Below are positions 11,401 to 26,400 of a stretch of DNA of 64,000 bases, piece by piece. The stretch is taken from positions 4,464,001 to 4,528,000 of the forward strand of contig NC_090365.1 in assembly GCF_035084215.1 (NCBI RefSeq). Reading direction: 5' to 3'. The stretch comes from Heptranchias perlo (Eukaryota). The notes beneath the pieces were generated by a model. The model made no database searches. It was not told where the DNA came from and was given only the letters and a program-made list of their open reading frames with translations. The position numbers and the translations under genes are program-made. Numbering within the stretch: the stretch's first letter is position 1; the number at the start of each line of letters is the position of its first letter.

Positions 11401-14400
11401 TTGTTATCATATTCATCTCTTGCAATGAGTATCTTCTTCCTGGAGTCCCCTAAAGATAAATTCACTATCCAGGCAGACCAGGAGGCCCCAGGATCAATGC
11501 TCTGAGTCAGCTGATTGGAACAGGGATGGTGCCTAGGATACTACAATTATCCTCAGAACCACAGGTTTGGTAGCTGGGGGTGGGGGGGAGAAAAAGAGGA
11601 GCCAGGGTTCCCAATCCTGATTGCTATCCAGTGATACTTGCTGGAAAATGGATGCATGTGGACACCAGGGGGAAGACAGGGTCGGGCTTAGCTGCAATTG
11701 CTCCTCTCTCATTCAAATAATCTGCTGACAATCATTGTTTAAGGCTCAAACATGGAGAATTTGTCTGAGGTACTAGAGAGCTGTCAGAACCCGTGGAACA
11801 ATACTCCAGCACGGTACCAAATCCCCCTCTCTGTGTCTCTACCAATCATTGCCTTCAGGAAGCAATGGGAGACAACTGTGCAGGGGAGTCCACTGGAGTG
11901 ACACTGTCATCTGTCGCAATGACCCATTTTTGCCTCAACTCGTTAGATGTGATAACGTGTGTGCAGCCAGGAAAGGAGTAAAAACAAAACGTGGGAGTGG
12001 GTAAAAGAGATGTAAACAAAACAAACGCTAAGCATGCATCGCACAGGGCGTACAACCTCAAGCTTCATGCTTTAAGGTAATAGGAAAATGGTGACCAATT
12101 TTCAAGAGGTCTCATTCCCCTTTCATACCTGCTTTCTTTGTGGCAAGTTTGTTGGCCACAGTGACGGATATCTTGGAAGTGCTTGTTTCTGGCCTCCGGA
12201 CAGGAGTAGAAGGAGGGGACTCCCTGTTCAAACTGTTAGCAATCATTCTAGAGGCAGCTGAATGGGGAAAAAAATAGAGAGGACACATGCGTGTAGCACA
12301 GACCCACACACAGATTAACTTAGAAACAGGAGCAGCAACATCCTTTTGTGCAGAAACAAAGCCCGTTTCTACAGTGTTATACAAACAATGCAGATTGCTT
12401 TATTTACACTAAACTCAATACATAAAAAACTGAACACTGTGCCTTAAAACCACTGAAATAATGTGGTTAATAATAAACAGCCCTTTTTTTGTTGATACAC
12501 AGCCATTTCATGAGGATGCTTCCTGCAGCCGCTGTGGCAACTCCCGAAGACTCACCATCTTCCATTCACCACCATTTTCCCAGGCTCCAATTGTTCTGTA
12601 TCTGGTTTGTAAAGATTAATGGGAAGGAACCTGTAGGGAGAGCACTTTTTGTTTGAAGTACTTCCCACTGAGAATACAAAGTAATGGACTCACTACTATT
12701 TTGTTTGATGTCTGTTTAGAAATGCCCATATTGCTGCCTGCATGGAGATGCTTGAGGCATTACCCCCTCTTTATGTCCTCACCCAACAGGGGGCACATGC
12801 CTGCATAGCCCATAGTGGCTCCATACTAAGCAGCAGCTACATTAGTGTCCCAAACCCAACAGGGGACAGAGCTGTGGTGCCACCTGCAACAGTTCCATAG
12901 TGAACAGCAGCAGCTGTCACTTCAAGTGGCCTGAAAGCTGCTGTAACCCAGTAAACCATGTTACTGGCTGGGGACGCACATTTCACAGCCGTTGCGTGGC
13001 TTTGCAGTGTCGCACCGCATTGAAGCCTAAGCTCCTCACTGATGACATCGCTGGAGTGACCAAGCAGCAAGGGAGATAGTCTCGAGTGTCAGGAGTAGAA
13101 GGTGGGGAACTTTTAATAATGCTGGCATTTCTACAGGCAATAAAATTAACATTTCTACAGAAATACCAAAGAAAATAATAATGGAGATATTATTTAGCTA
13201 CACAGAATGAGGGAGTACTATGAGCAAAGCGGGCTCCCCTAAGATTTCTTTCTAATTTAATTTTTTTAAGTTAACCATATATGTAACTCATCAGAACTAT
13301 AACAACTTGCAGTTATATAGCGCCTTTAATGTAGCAAAACGTCCCAAGGCGCTTCACAGAGCGTGAGCGAACAAAATTTGATACCGAGCCATATAAGGAA
13401 ATACTAGGACAGGTGACCAAAAGCTTGGTCAAAGAAGTAGGTTTTAAGCAGCAACTTAAAGGAGAGAGAGGCGGAAAGGCTGAGGGGTTTAGGGAGGGAA
13501 TTCCAGATCTTAGGGTCTAGGCAGCTGAAGGCACGGCCGCCAACGGTGGAGCGATTGAAATTAAGGATGCGCAAGAAACCAGAATTGGAGGAGTGCAGAG
13601 ATCTCGGAGGGTTGTAGGGCTGGAGCAGGTTACAGAGATAGTGAGGGGCGAGGCCATGGAGGGTTTTGAATACAAGGATGAGAATTTTAAAATCGAGGCG
13701 TTGCCGAACCAGGAGCCAATATAGGTCACCGAGCATAGGGGTGATGGGTGAACAGGTCTTGGTGCGAGTTAGGATACAGGCAGCAGAGTTTTAGATGAGC
13801 TCAAGTTTATGGAGGGTGGAGGACGGGAGGCCGGCCAGGACAGCATTGGAATAGTCAAGTCTAGAGGTAACAAAGGCACGGTTTCAGCAGATGAGCTGAG
13901 GCAGGGGCGGAGACAGGTGATGTTACAGGGATGGAAGTAGGAGGTCTTGGTGATGGAGCGATATCAAAACATTTCTGATTTTGAGCACTGATATCCAACA
14001 AAGCAATTAAATCATCACTGGTTCTAGCACTCCGAGACTTTGAAGTTATGTCGTGCAAAGACTGGCATATCAACAGCTACTATGTTCAAGTTGTTTTATC
14101 TTCTTTAAACAGAAACATCAATCTGCTGCTTTAAGCTAGATTATTAGAGATGTATTTCAGATGAGAAGTTAAACTGTGGTCCTGTCTGTCCTGGTGGGTG
14201 TGAAAGAGCCCATGGCACTATTCAAAGAAGAGCTGGGGAGTTCTCCAAGTGTCCTGGCTAACATTTATCCATCAACCAATACCACCAAAAACATTTTAAT
14301 TGGTCATTTATCTCTTTACTGTTTGTGGGACCTTGCTATGCAAAAGGCTGCTGCACTTGCCTACGTAACAACAGTGAATGCACTTTGAAAGTAATTCATT

Positions 14401-17400
14401 GGCTGTGAAGCACTTTGGAATGCAACAATATGTAACTTTTTCTTTTAACCCACTTCAGGGAGGACCTCTCGCACTACTTGAGCTCAACAATGGAGCATAA
14501 CTCCAGCGCGCTCTCAAAAATCTTCTAAATTTACCGGGTGTGAGTGGAACTCTGTGTCGCATGCTGAAATGCATAGAGCTCTCTCCTGATGCCCAGAGTG
14601 TCCAAGTGTTGCACTCTGCAGCTACAGATCGCAGACAGGTATTTCAGTCTAACTGCAGCACGAGATACAATGCATCGATATCATCTCAGTTTAAGGCTAA
14701 CGAGCTCATTTTGTTTTATGCAGCTAAATAGTGAAACATATACAAACAGGATGCAAAAAATTGCTGCTCTAAGAGCACAACAAAACTAAATTAGTTTGAA
14801 AAGTATCCCCCATTTACAAAAGCACTGCAAACTCTGCCTACTTACGTGAGTTAGCTGTTCTTTTTAATTCGAAATGCACGTTGCCATGACTGGGGCTTAT
14901 AGACTCTGTGGCCACCTTAGCAAGTTCCTAGAAGTACAACATCCAGTTTAAGAAACTGTGTAACACAGTACATGGTGAAATGTTTTACCTTCATGCTCAG
15001 CTTATTCGGCTACCAAAAAGGGACTGCAGTTTAGAGAGATAATCGCAGGCAAAGATAAGCAAGAGCTGTATTAGTGCTGTCACTAGGGCTTCAGTAAAGA
15101 TTCAGGAAGCGGAAGGGGAGGTAAACATATTAAAATATTATTGGGCTCAAAATGCCTATTAGACTATAGTTTTAATAGCAAATTTGAAAAGAAAAAAGTA
15201 ATTAGTGCAATTTGTACAATATATAAAACACCCAGGGTTGCCCGTTTCAGTATTCTGTGATACTGAGAGCTGAGGAACATGCTTGAGTTCCCTAAAGGTT
15301 AATGCTGAAAGTGCAGCACTGGTTTTCTGTTAGTGTTGCATGGCAAACCATTCTGTAAAAACATTCATTAAAAAAATTGCTCTCAAAGTCCGAGCATTTT
15401 TGGGGGGGGGGGGGGGGGATCAGCCACCCACGTCAATAACCGGCTGACCAAAAAACAAAGCGAGCTGAGTCTTATCTAACCAGTGCTTCTTGATCTATTT
15501 TGTTCTCTTCCCCCACAAGTCTCTTCAACCTTGATGGTGTCCTGCACTTTGGACCGTGGCTCTTCACCAAAGCTTCCTCAAGTAAAATAAGACATTTGGG
15601 ACTGCTGCCATCACGGTCAAAAAATTCACAGCACAAACACAATGCTGTAACTATTTTATTAGTATGTAGTATATGTTCATTGGGAGGCTGTGTGGTACAT
15701 GCTGGCAGTGTATAACTCCAAATAGCAAGTGGTGCAGCCACTCCCTCTTGCATACCCTCTGCATACAGTGTCGGGTTTCTCGTGCAACGTAGTTAAGTTT
15801 GAAATGCATTTATAATTGCCGTGCAAACCACTTAGGGTGATCAATCTCAGGAGTTCCACTTCATCGCACAAGAGAGGCATGAATAAGGAATCCAATTCAG
15901 CCCTAACTAGCTGGTCCATCCAGAAATAACCTACAGTCCCATCACAGCATCCAAATGTTTCTTAAATTATTGCAGGGTTTTTGACTCCACTACAGCGGCC
16001 AGACGTCCTAAATTTCCCACTATGATTAAGTAACCCTTTACAACCCCAAATTTTTTTTTAACTGTTAATGGCCCAACCCTGTACGTTTTCTGGAGATTTT
16101 TTTTTCAAGTTTTTCCCTTTAAGATCACAGAATCATACGACCAAGAATAAAATTAGTACTAATATTGACAATAACATGGAGAGAGAACAACAGCACAGTG
16201 TCAAGGCTTATCAAAAATACATGCACTTGGATGAGAGACTTCAGTTATGTGGAGAGACTAGAGAAGTTGGGATTGTTCTCCTTGGAGCAGAGAAGATTAA
16301 GGGAAGATTTAATAGTGGTGGTCAAACTTATGTTCTACGATTCTATAAATTTGCAGGGCCACGGTCAAAGAGCAGAGGAGTGGGACCAATTGGATAGATC
16401 TTTCAAAGAGCCGGCACAGGTACAATGGGCCGAATGGCCGCCTTCTGTGTTGTATCATCCTTTGATTTTTGATAAGAGTAAATAAGGAGAAACTGTTTCC
16501 ACTGGCGGGAGGGTCTGTAACCAGAGGACACAGAATTAAAATAAATGGCAAAAGAACCAGAGGGGAGATGAGGAGAAATTTTTTACACAGCAAATTGTTC
16601 TGATCTGGAATGCACTGCCTGAAAGGGTGGTGGAAGCAGATTGAAAAGTAACTTTCAAAAAGTAACTGGATATATACTTGAAATGGAAAAATCTGCAGGG
16701 CTATGGGGAAAGAGCAGGATTAATTGGATAGCTCTTTCAAAGAGCCAGCACAGGCACGATGGGCCGAATCGCCTCCTGCTGCGCTGCGTCATTCTATAGA
16801 AGAATAAACTCCCTGGATGAAGGCTGACCGATCGTATATAGTAAGCAGGGGGTGAAGAGCACAGAGTAATGAGAGTTCGGCTTAACGAGGGTCTGTGCCA
16901 GTATGCTGTACTGGAAAGTGAGTGGAATTCTGTGTATTTATGCTACAGGATTTTTTAAAAGTACAATTAAATGAAGTGTCTATTTAAAGAGCATGTTCAG
17001 ATGAACTAGGTTTATGGAATATATGTGGTTCATGATTCACCATAAAATGAGCTATTTTTGCTTGGGGTCTATTTTAGTCTCTGCCCATCAGTTCTAAGTA
17101 TCGGTCCCAATGGTCACCTTAACGCATGTGCATTAGGGGCAGAAATTAAAATGTGCACAACAGCCCTAATAAACCTGCAGGATTTGACCCCTCTCTCCCC
17201 CATAAAATACAGTGGCCCAGATCTTAGATAAGCTGAGTTATATCCTGCAGAAATGTGGTAAATTTCGCAGCTTTTAAGAACATATTTTTAATCCTGCATT
17301 ATTTTCCGATGCTGATAACTGCTGTTACATCTTCTTCATCTAATTAATTTATTCGTTAAATACTTTAAGCTGTTTTTTTCTATTTACGCCCATGGCCTGA

Positions 17401-20400
17401 ATGAGGAACAAACTGGATACTGTACAGATCTTACACACAAACCTAACCAAACAACCCACAAGCAACTAAATATTCTATCCACCAGGTTCCAGTTGCCTGT
17501 CCTCGAATAGAGAGGAAACCTGGCTGGTACAAATTGTCCTGTTTACATTAGAGACACAATCCCATATAAAAAATGGTCTTATGCATTGATTCTACTATCC
17601 AGTGGTCACACTAAGAGGATTCTACTATATTCATTTCCTTACTGAACCGCATCCATCCTCTCAATTCAGAGACTGATACAGCAGCAGTGAGACCTCATCA
17701 ACTGAGTAATTTGGAAAATATACTTCAGTGCAAAGCTATGTATAGATTAATGCCACACCAAAGGGAGTTTGCTCAAAACATTATTTTTTATCGTCCAATA
17801 CTTGTGCAAGGTGAATGGCAAATACTAGAGCTGAGAGAAAGGAGGATCTGAAATGCTAAACGTTCAGTACTGAACTATTGACAGATGCATAAAAATGTTA
17901 TGTAGCTTCATTATTTCATGTGTATATTTAATATCCACTTTTACCCTAAGGTTTTATATCATTTGTGAGTATAATCGGGGTAATGCAGTCAAAGAGATTT
18001 AACGCGGGAGGGCACATAACATTAGATGGAATACACCTCAAGCTATTGGCTAATGAGGGAAGCGAAGGGGATACGCAGGGAGATAACAATCACAGGTTAT
18101 CATAGTCAGATTAAACTGTTTTACTTCATTGATAACACAAATACTGAAACAAGAGACATAGGTACACTGTTTGGTTAAGAAAGTGGTTTGGCCAGCCCTC
18201 ACCTGCTTGTACACCACTTTGGCATGTTTGAGAATGGCAATAATATCACCAACAACTGTGATGCTCAGTTCGTTCATAATATCTTTAGTGAGGTCCATTA
18301 GCATATTCTTCTGTATCCTGTGCAAACAAAAAAGTTTAGGATGAAACGTGCTGTTTATTACTGGTGCTTCTGTCACGAGATGGGTGATGCAGTGGGTTAG
18401 ACTTAGGCTTTACATCTCTGGGATGATGCTTCAAATCCAGCCAGACTTTGGGATGAAAGCCTTGTTTGTCTGCTGGCTGTAAAGGTCCTACATGAAGTGA
18501 GTCTGGGCATTCTCAACTCAGTTCCTAGTGGATATTGGGCCAATATACAAAAATGCCCTCAAACCAGCACTAATTGTTAATCTTAATCAGAAAGATCGTA
18601 AAATGGTTGTTACAATATTGGGATTTTTATGACCATCTTCTCACTAACAACTGATTCCAAAAGTGGAGCTTTATCCCTATAAACTGGAAACCATACCTCT
18701 TTCTTTTCTCTGCCCTGTAAACTTGCATCCTGATGGCTAAGCATTACCCTTCTTGCAGTATTCTGCTAACTGGATTGAGCATAGCTTTGCACAATGCTGG
18801 CAAATTTTTCTCAAAAGGATGGATAATATCACACAGCACAAAAGTGACTGGTGACTTTATTTAATATCAAACTGCAATAAAAACACAAGTATATTATCAA
18901 TAGAACACAAACCCCATAAAGATATCCATAATGGATTAATTACCCGTAGCAAGAATAGCTTCTGATTTAATTTTGTCTGTCAATTCAATGAGCAAAATTC
19001 TTGTAAATGTGTGGTGAATTCAGCCTGCTTTTGGCTACCAGCTTGAGGCAGGCAGTTTTCAAAACAGCTCTCTTTTTATCTTCAAGCTACTGCTATTCAA
19101 GCCCTTGGAACTCCGATACATGGGCTCTCGGACAAATCAAAACTATTTTTCATACAACTTTCCAATTAACACGAGATTGCCAAAATTATTCCTGATCAAA
19201 TCAAACAATTGCATAAATCCAATAAAGATAGATTGTAAGTCTGCCTGAGGCAAAATTTGCTTGGTTTTATAACTTTGTTTGTTAATTAATTGGTTCAATG
19301 TCTTCATCATTGAACAAAACAGTTCCTTATACCACAGGAAGCCCCCACTAATTAAATCAATGAAGCCATCTGTTACTAAACTCACAGATACAATTTGAAT
19401 GATTCAAGAGAACGAGGAGAGAATAGGAAAAATGTCTTTATTCAGAGGGTTGCTGCAGCAAAGAATGTTTTTGCCACAGGGAAGAGCTGAGGCAAAGATT
19501 ATTGCATCTTTCAAGGGAAAATTGGATAAATATTTGAAGCAGAGGTAGATACAGGGCTATGAAGAGAGAGCAGGTCAGTGAGATGAGTTTTGAATTGCTC
19601 AAGCAAAGATCCCGCACAGACACGATGGGCCAAATGACTTCCTTCTGCGCTGGAAACTTTTATGATTCAATGGAGATGTAGCCACAATACCTGGAGTGGG
19701 AAATGAAAAGTGTCACACTGGTGCAGTAGGGAGCATACTTCTGAATTTGGATTGAGGCACACTGTTGTGCGAGGATCAAGGGAGCTTTACTTTGCATCTG
19801 ATCTGTGCTATACCCAATTTGGGGGTGCTTGATGGTGGCAGTAGCTGCCCGAGATGGGGGAGTTTTCCATTCACCAGCACTAGCCTCTCTTGCTGAACAC
19901 AATATTTTTTTTAAAAAGTTAAATAAAAATGGTGACAACACAAGATAAATAATAGGTATGCGAATAAAGAGACAAAAAGCAGTATGTTTTAGAGCAATTC
20001 TTGTGTTAAATCTGCTGCAGAGAATATCTTTATGCAGGCTTTTGTCTTTTAAGCATAGGCAGCAACTTACTGAAACGGCAGCTGTCATAAGGGTGTGACT
20101 TATACACCAGATTTTAAGGTCCTTTTTTAAATGAAGGAGTTATATGCTTTAGAACAGTGTTGCTGTTGTGGGCAAGTTAATACGGAGATTCTGCCCTCAA
20201 CAATCTACCAAATTTACATTACCTAGTATAAAATTTGCCACTCCGCAGTGTCTCAGATACATCTCAAAGTGACTTGCATACAATGAATTACTTTGACTAC
20301 AGTTATTATTACGTAAAGTGGCAGCCATTTTGCACACAGCAAGATCCTACAAACAACAATGAGATGAATAGCAAATTAATCTACTTTGGTGATGTTGGGT

Positions 20401-23400
20401 GAGGGAAGGAACCTAAGTGAAGTCTCTGCTCCTCCGTGCGATCTTTAACATCCACCTGAATCATCAGAACAGACAAAAGGGGCCTCAGTTGGACATCTCA
20501 TCCAAAGAATCGCATCTTCAACAATGCAGCACATCCTCAGTACTGCACTGCAATGTCATCCTATTTTATGAGCTCAAGTCCTCCAATGGGGTTTGAACCC
20601 AGAGAGGCACATCTACCTTGTGTGTCTGTGCGCAGTGAGGGACCAACAGTGGCTGCTCCTGCCCATTAGATTCCAAATTTTCAAGTGATGCTCGATACTG
20701 GGGCAGATGAGACAGACTATCACAGCCATCAACTGGTTTAAGGGGGGAGGATGACTTGTGCTGGCAGTTCACTGGCACCTCATCCAAGTGATGATTCTTC
20801 ACTTGTGTGCCGAGACAGTTAGTTTAGCGGTGACTATTCAGGGCCACACAACTGAGCTTGACCCTATTCTCACTTCACGTCCACACAAATGCACTTTATA
20901 GCATTTTAAAATTAAATTTATCAAGTTGCACCCCATTTGTTTAAAGGAAGGGACATTGATGTGGAATTAAATATATTACATTTTTAAAACAAGCTGATAC
21001 ATCTTAGAGTAGAGGGAAATGCTTAAAACTCTTAGATCGGTGTATTTGTGATTTACTTACACTATCATGATGTTGACAAATGATCTTTAGATGGAATACT
21101 GCAGGCTAGTGTTGCATACCAGATGTTTGCATTATTTTACAAACCCAAATGAGCACAGAAGTCAGTCACATTTGCTGCTTTTAGACAATTAACTCCCTGG
21201 TGACATGTGACAATGACTGATAACTACATGTTTACAAATTCTCTTGTAACAGTGTTAGGATTTGTATGGAGATTTTAACACTTTCACTGCTGAATCCATT
21301 AAAATGTCAAAAACTCTTATTGTTTCACCTATTGTCCTTACGTATGTACACACACACACACACACACACACACATTTTGCAGCAGCGACAGCTATTAATT
21401 GAATAGCTATTAGACAATCGTAGCAGCCCAACTACTTCCCTGGCTCAGAGCGGCTTGTTCAATATAGACAGGGAATGGAACCTAGGGCTTTCTTGTCTCT
21501 ATAACTTAGTAATTAACTTAGCAGCACATTAAGCTTTAAGCCATAAATTTTCAAACTGACTGGGTCCCTGGATCATAGGGGTCCACGAGGGGATCAAGAG
21601 GGATCCCATGACGTCAGCAGCCTTCTTTCTGTCATACTTCTGTATGTGATAACTTACAGGCACATTATATCTATTGAGGAATGTTCCACCACTCCCATTT
21701 TTCCCTGAACACAGGAATATCAGGCATTGTATGATAAACTTACAAAGTTGGATTTGAAGAGACAAAGGAGTTTCACAGCCACACTCAAAGCACCTGTTCT
21801 TTTTTTTTCACATCTAGTCAAGTGAATGCACTTGATACTGAGTTCTATAAAAAGGCATCAATTCAACAAGCTGTATGCAGATTATTCCAATACTTGGAAG
21901 AAGTAATGAGCTATGGGCGTCTGCTTCTCTCAGAAGGGAATACAAGTGATGTTGCAGGATAGTCCAGTGACGTCTTGTGTCGCAGAGAGGCAGGATGCAG
22001 GTTCATTGCCATAATTCCCTACACCGGTTCCCACCCTGATTCATCACCAAAATAAAAGATTATCTGTTCACGTCAGTCTCTGGATTAAATTAATAAAGTA
22101 ACAGTCTAGGCTCAAATATGGAAATGTTTTCCTTTAGGGTTCTTTAGTAGGAAATCACTGGCAGATGCTAACAGCGGGGATACTATCAGATCATTTACCA
22201 GCAGTAATGCATTATTTAAGTGCAAGCTAAATTTAGCTTTTCAAAAGAGGCATTTATGGGAACTATTGCTTGTGAGCTGAAAGCAATTATCTCTGTTACG
22301 CCCGAATGTTTTAGCCATACTGTGTCTGTACATTACTACATATTTAGCATTGGAAATTTGTAGGATCGCTATTTTCCAGATGTACAATATTTGTATTTTG
22401 AAAACCAAAGGACAATAGAGGCTGGTACACCAATGCACATTTTTACCTGGGCTCCTGACAACCACACTCATATCTTGTTTAAATTACAGGTTGACCTCTG
22501 AAAGCACAGACCAACACTGTACAAGGTACTTTTGCTTCCTGCCTCTGCAGCAAAATATAAATGCCATCTGCTGGCAGTGCTAGGCACGGGAGCTGCCATT
22601 TTGTTCTGGCCGCAGGGCAGGCTGACCCCTAACACAGCAATGAGGTTTATCACATTGCTGTGGATCTATGCTATGCTTGCGCAGTTGCCACCGGCTCTCT
22701 GAACCCCATCCACAGTGGATATGAAACACCAGCAGCCCCAACGTACTGCGACGGATGTAAATGGGGCAAGTGGATGCAAGCAGCTTCCCAAAGGGAGGGG
22801 GAAAGTTGGCAGGTAAGTCACCATGGCCTCTCGTATATATCCCAGCAGATGCTTACACGTGAATAGCAGGGGGAGGAGCTGGCAGAACACAAAGGAAAAA
22901 AAAAATCAAATAACACCAAGTTTAAATAGTTCAAGTTTATAGTGCAGCAGGGAAATTTTCCAGGATAGCCGCAAGCCCTTTTCAGTTAATTTCTCAAATG
23001 TTAAGAAACCTACAGGTTTTATAATAGCCCTACCTGTTGTCCACAAAGCTAACAGCATAGTTGACAGCTGGTCCTGGTGGTATCCCAGCATCTTTGAAAA
23101 ACTGGATCCACTCCGATGTAGCTGCGGAACAGAAAAAAGGTTTTAATCTGAGGAGTGTGTCAGCGCACAACACTTCTCTTAACAAAGCAGGGCAGCTATG
23201 CCAGACACCATTTTGACTGGCAATGCCAGATTGAACTGCTGCTTCATGATGCGTGGGGAGAAAGAACTAAATTCAAACAGTATACTTACCAAGTGTTTAG
23301 AGGAAAACAGCAAAAGGACACTCCAATCTCTAGGTGCTGGCACCAAATCATTTGTAACATTTAAAAAAGAGAGTTTCAAATGCCCATTTTCCACAGCAGG

Positions 23401-26400
23401 TGGATTGATCATTGGATCTTTGTCAATAAGTAATGGCACATTGCTTGCAGTGAAACCAGAAGCGCCCAACATAGGAAAGTTTTATTTAGATTTAGCATGA
23501 ACGAATTTTAACCCAAGATAATATCTATGTGGCTCGGTTTCAAATCTTGTTTGATAATCGCTCCTGTGAAGCGCCTTGGGACATTTTACTATGTTAAAGG
23601 CGCTATACAAATGCAAGTAGTTGTTGTTGCAACCAGTGATTTAAAAAAAGTCTGAGGTTCCCTCAATGGTTCAGTTGGTAAAGACAGCGAGTAACTGAGC
23701 CGTACAAACTAAGAAGCTCCCAGATTCAAAGATGATTCTAAACAAGGAGGGACAGTAGGATCTGATATAGCAGCTGATGATTTTACAGTGGAACATGACA
23801 ACATTTACAAGTGGGCTGAACTGTGGTTTATGAAATTCAATATAGGTAAGCACAAGGTCTTACACATTGGAAGAAAAATATGCGGCATGTAGTTAATGAA
23901 TAGTGAACTAACCAGGGCAGGGGCTGAAAAGTGATCTCGGAGTGATGGTGGAATCAACACCGACCATGTCCAGTCATTAGAATGACAATTAATAAACCAA
24001 ATCAGTATTTAAATCTGAAGTTGTCAATCCGAAGCTGTATCGCGTTGGTCAGGGCTGAGTACTGCATTCAGTTCTACTCACCGAGGCAACAGAGAAACTT
24101 GTAAGCCTGGAATAGATGCAGAGATGGATGATGAAGCATCCCTATGGTCAGTGCACTGAGTTATAAGGAAAGGTTAGGCAAAAAAGTCAGACTCTTCAGC
24201 CTTAAAAGGCAGCGTATGACAGTGGACTTTGTTCCGACACTTTGTAAGGGGTAGAAGCTCTGCCCACCCCTACAAGGCAAATATCACTGCAGATGCAGAG
24301 CCAGCGCTGGGAGTTCCCTTCAGCATGAGTCCTGCTCCAATTGATCAGTCAGGACTCGGCATATCTCTGGAACTCCAAATGCAAGTGATTGAGGTGTACC
24401 AGCCTACGGGTGGGAGAAAGTGGGCCCCGCCAGTGGATTCTAGCCCAGGTTGGTGGCCTGGACCCCCAAAGAAAACAAGCATTTTTCATTTAAACATTTG
24501 CTGATCGGCCCCCATATTGAGTGAGGGGGCTGAGGAGGGTATGGCTGGCGGTAATCTGGGAAATCCCCCCTCACCCCGTGCAATTTAAGTGCACTCCTAC
24601 CGACTCCGGTGCAGTTAGCGTTGGAGGGCCCTGTGGGAACTGCAGCTCAATCAATAATGCACCGTACATGCGTCGGGATGTGTTTCACAATTGTACGACA
24701 CACAGCAATTGTCAACAAAAACAGCAGGAAAATAGTGACAATAGTGAACCAAAAGCAGATCTGTTTTGGCAGGGGGATCCTACTTATGCTGCCAAAATGC
24801 AGCAGGACCACACCTGGCAATATAGCCATTTTTAATATCTGAGCTAACTCTTCATTTTCCATGTGTTTTTGAAAAGCTGGGTTTTCAATTTCAGCTATGG
24901 TTGGAATTCTCCTGTGACATAATCTACAGCTCTATCTCGGACATTTTGTAGCTGAAGGTCAAAGGGACAACTGGGACCCAAAGACAAGTGTTGGGACAAA
25001 AATAGCACCACACGCATGAGTGTGAGAGTAGACTGCAAAATAAAACAGCTTGCATTCTCGGGATAGATTCCTTTTCAACATCATTAGCATATCATTGCAA
25101 ATCAGTAGATTTATATAGAATTTACGCCACAGAAACAGGCCATTCAGGAAATCAGGAAAGACTGAACAAGCTGGGGCTCTTTTCTCTAGAAAAGAAAAGA
25201 CTGAGAGGTGTCCTGATAGAGGTCTTTAAAATCATGAAAGGGTTTGACAGGGTAGACGTAGAGAAGTTTCCACTTGTGGGAGAACCAAAACTGATGGCCA
25301 TAAATATCAAATAGTCACTAATAAATCCAATAGGGAATTCAGGAGAAGCTTCTTTACTCAGGGAGTGGTTAGAATGTGGAACTCGCTACCACAAGGAGTA
25401 GTTGTGGCGAATTAAATAAATACATTAAAGGGGAAACTAGATAAGTATGAGGGAGAAAGGAATAGATGGTTAAAAGTAGAATGAATTCCTTCCATTATTT
25501 TCCCTTTATATACCAGGTAAGTGGAACTGTTTTATTGGTTTAACACTTGTTAAGCTTTTGCTGTGCACACATGCTAGGTAAGTATGACAACTGGTATTAG
25601 GAGGCTAACAGTCTCCAAAGCAACCAATGGCTGCTGTCAATCAGTAGACATATTCACTTTGAAACTAACACGAGGAACTAAGAGGAATTTCTTTTTAAAC
25701 CTTTTTACAACTGCTGCTTATAACCGGCTGCAGTCAGGCATGAAATTTATACTGAACTCGTTGGTGACTCCTAATAAAGGGGCATTCTGCATTTATTACA
25801 TCACAGAACATTTGTGTATAGAATTTTAAGATTGTCAAAGATTACCAGTGTAACTGAAAATATATTGATTATATTTTACAGATTACAGTTCACGGAGCAG
25901 GTGCTGTATTTCCTGCAGAGTGAATTTTTTTTTGGAGGATGGGAGAGGAAAGTTTATCAGTGTTTAATTTTGGCTTAAAGGTTATTTAAAACCTATTTGT
26001 TCACATGCAACTGCAATAACAATGCATCCCAAACCCCTTTTTCTATGGAATGCCAACCAACATGCAAAGATTTACAGTGGATGTCTTTATTTTTCTTCCT
26101 ACAGAAAAGATTTTTAAAAGGTTACTTAATATGTTGGAATGCAAAGCCTTGTATATTCCTGCAAGTAAAAGAAAATGGGAAAGCAATTAGGATGCTAATG
26201 AGTTAGCTTTGATGTTGTTTCCTCATAAATTTGCAAATAATTAGCATTTTGTTAGCTTGTCTCAGTAACCAATAACCACCACATATTAATTGTGTTGGAA
26301 GGAGTTTGATCTCTTTCTGGATGTGAACAGCCAGAATATACAGCAGACACAAGCCGTCTGGCTTTTGGAAACAGGACGCTGCACAAGCAGTCAGCAAAAG

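Noticed and set aside
15402-15418. G17 homopolymer as a functional G-quadruplex
   Set aside because: An isolated intronic mononucleotide run, C-rich on the transcribed strand, with no further support; its length is also error-prone in assemblies.
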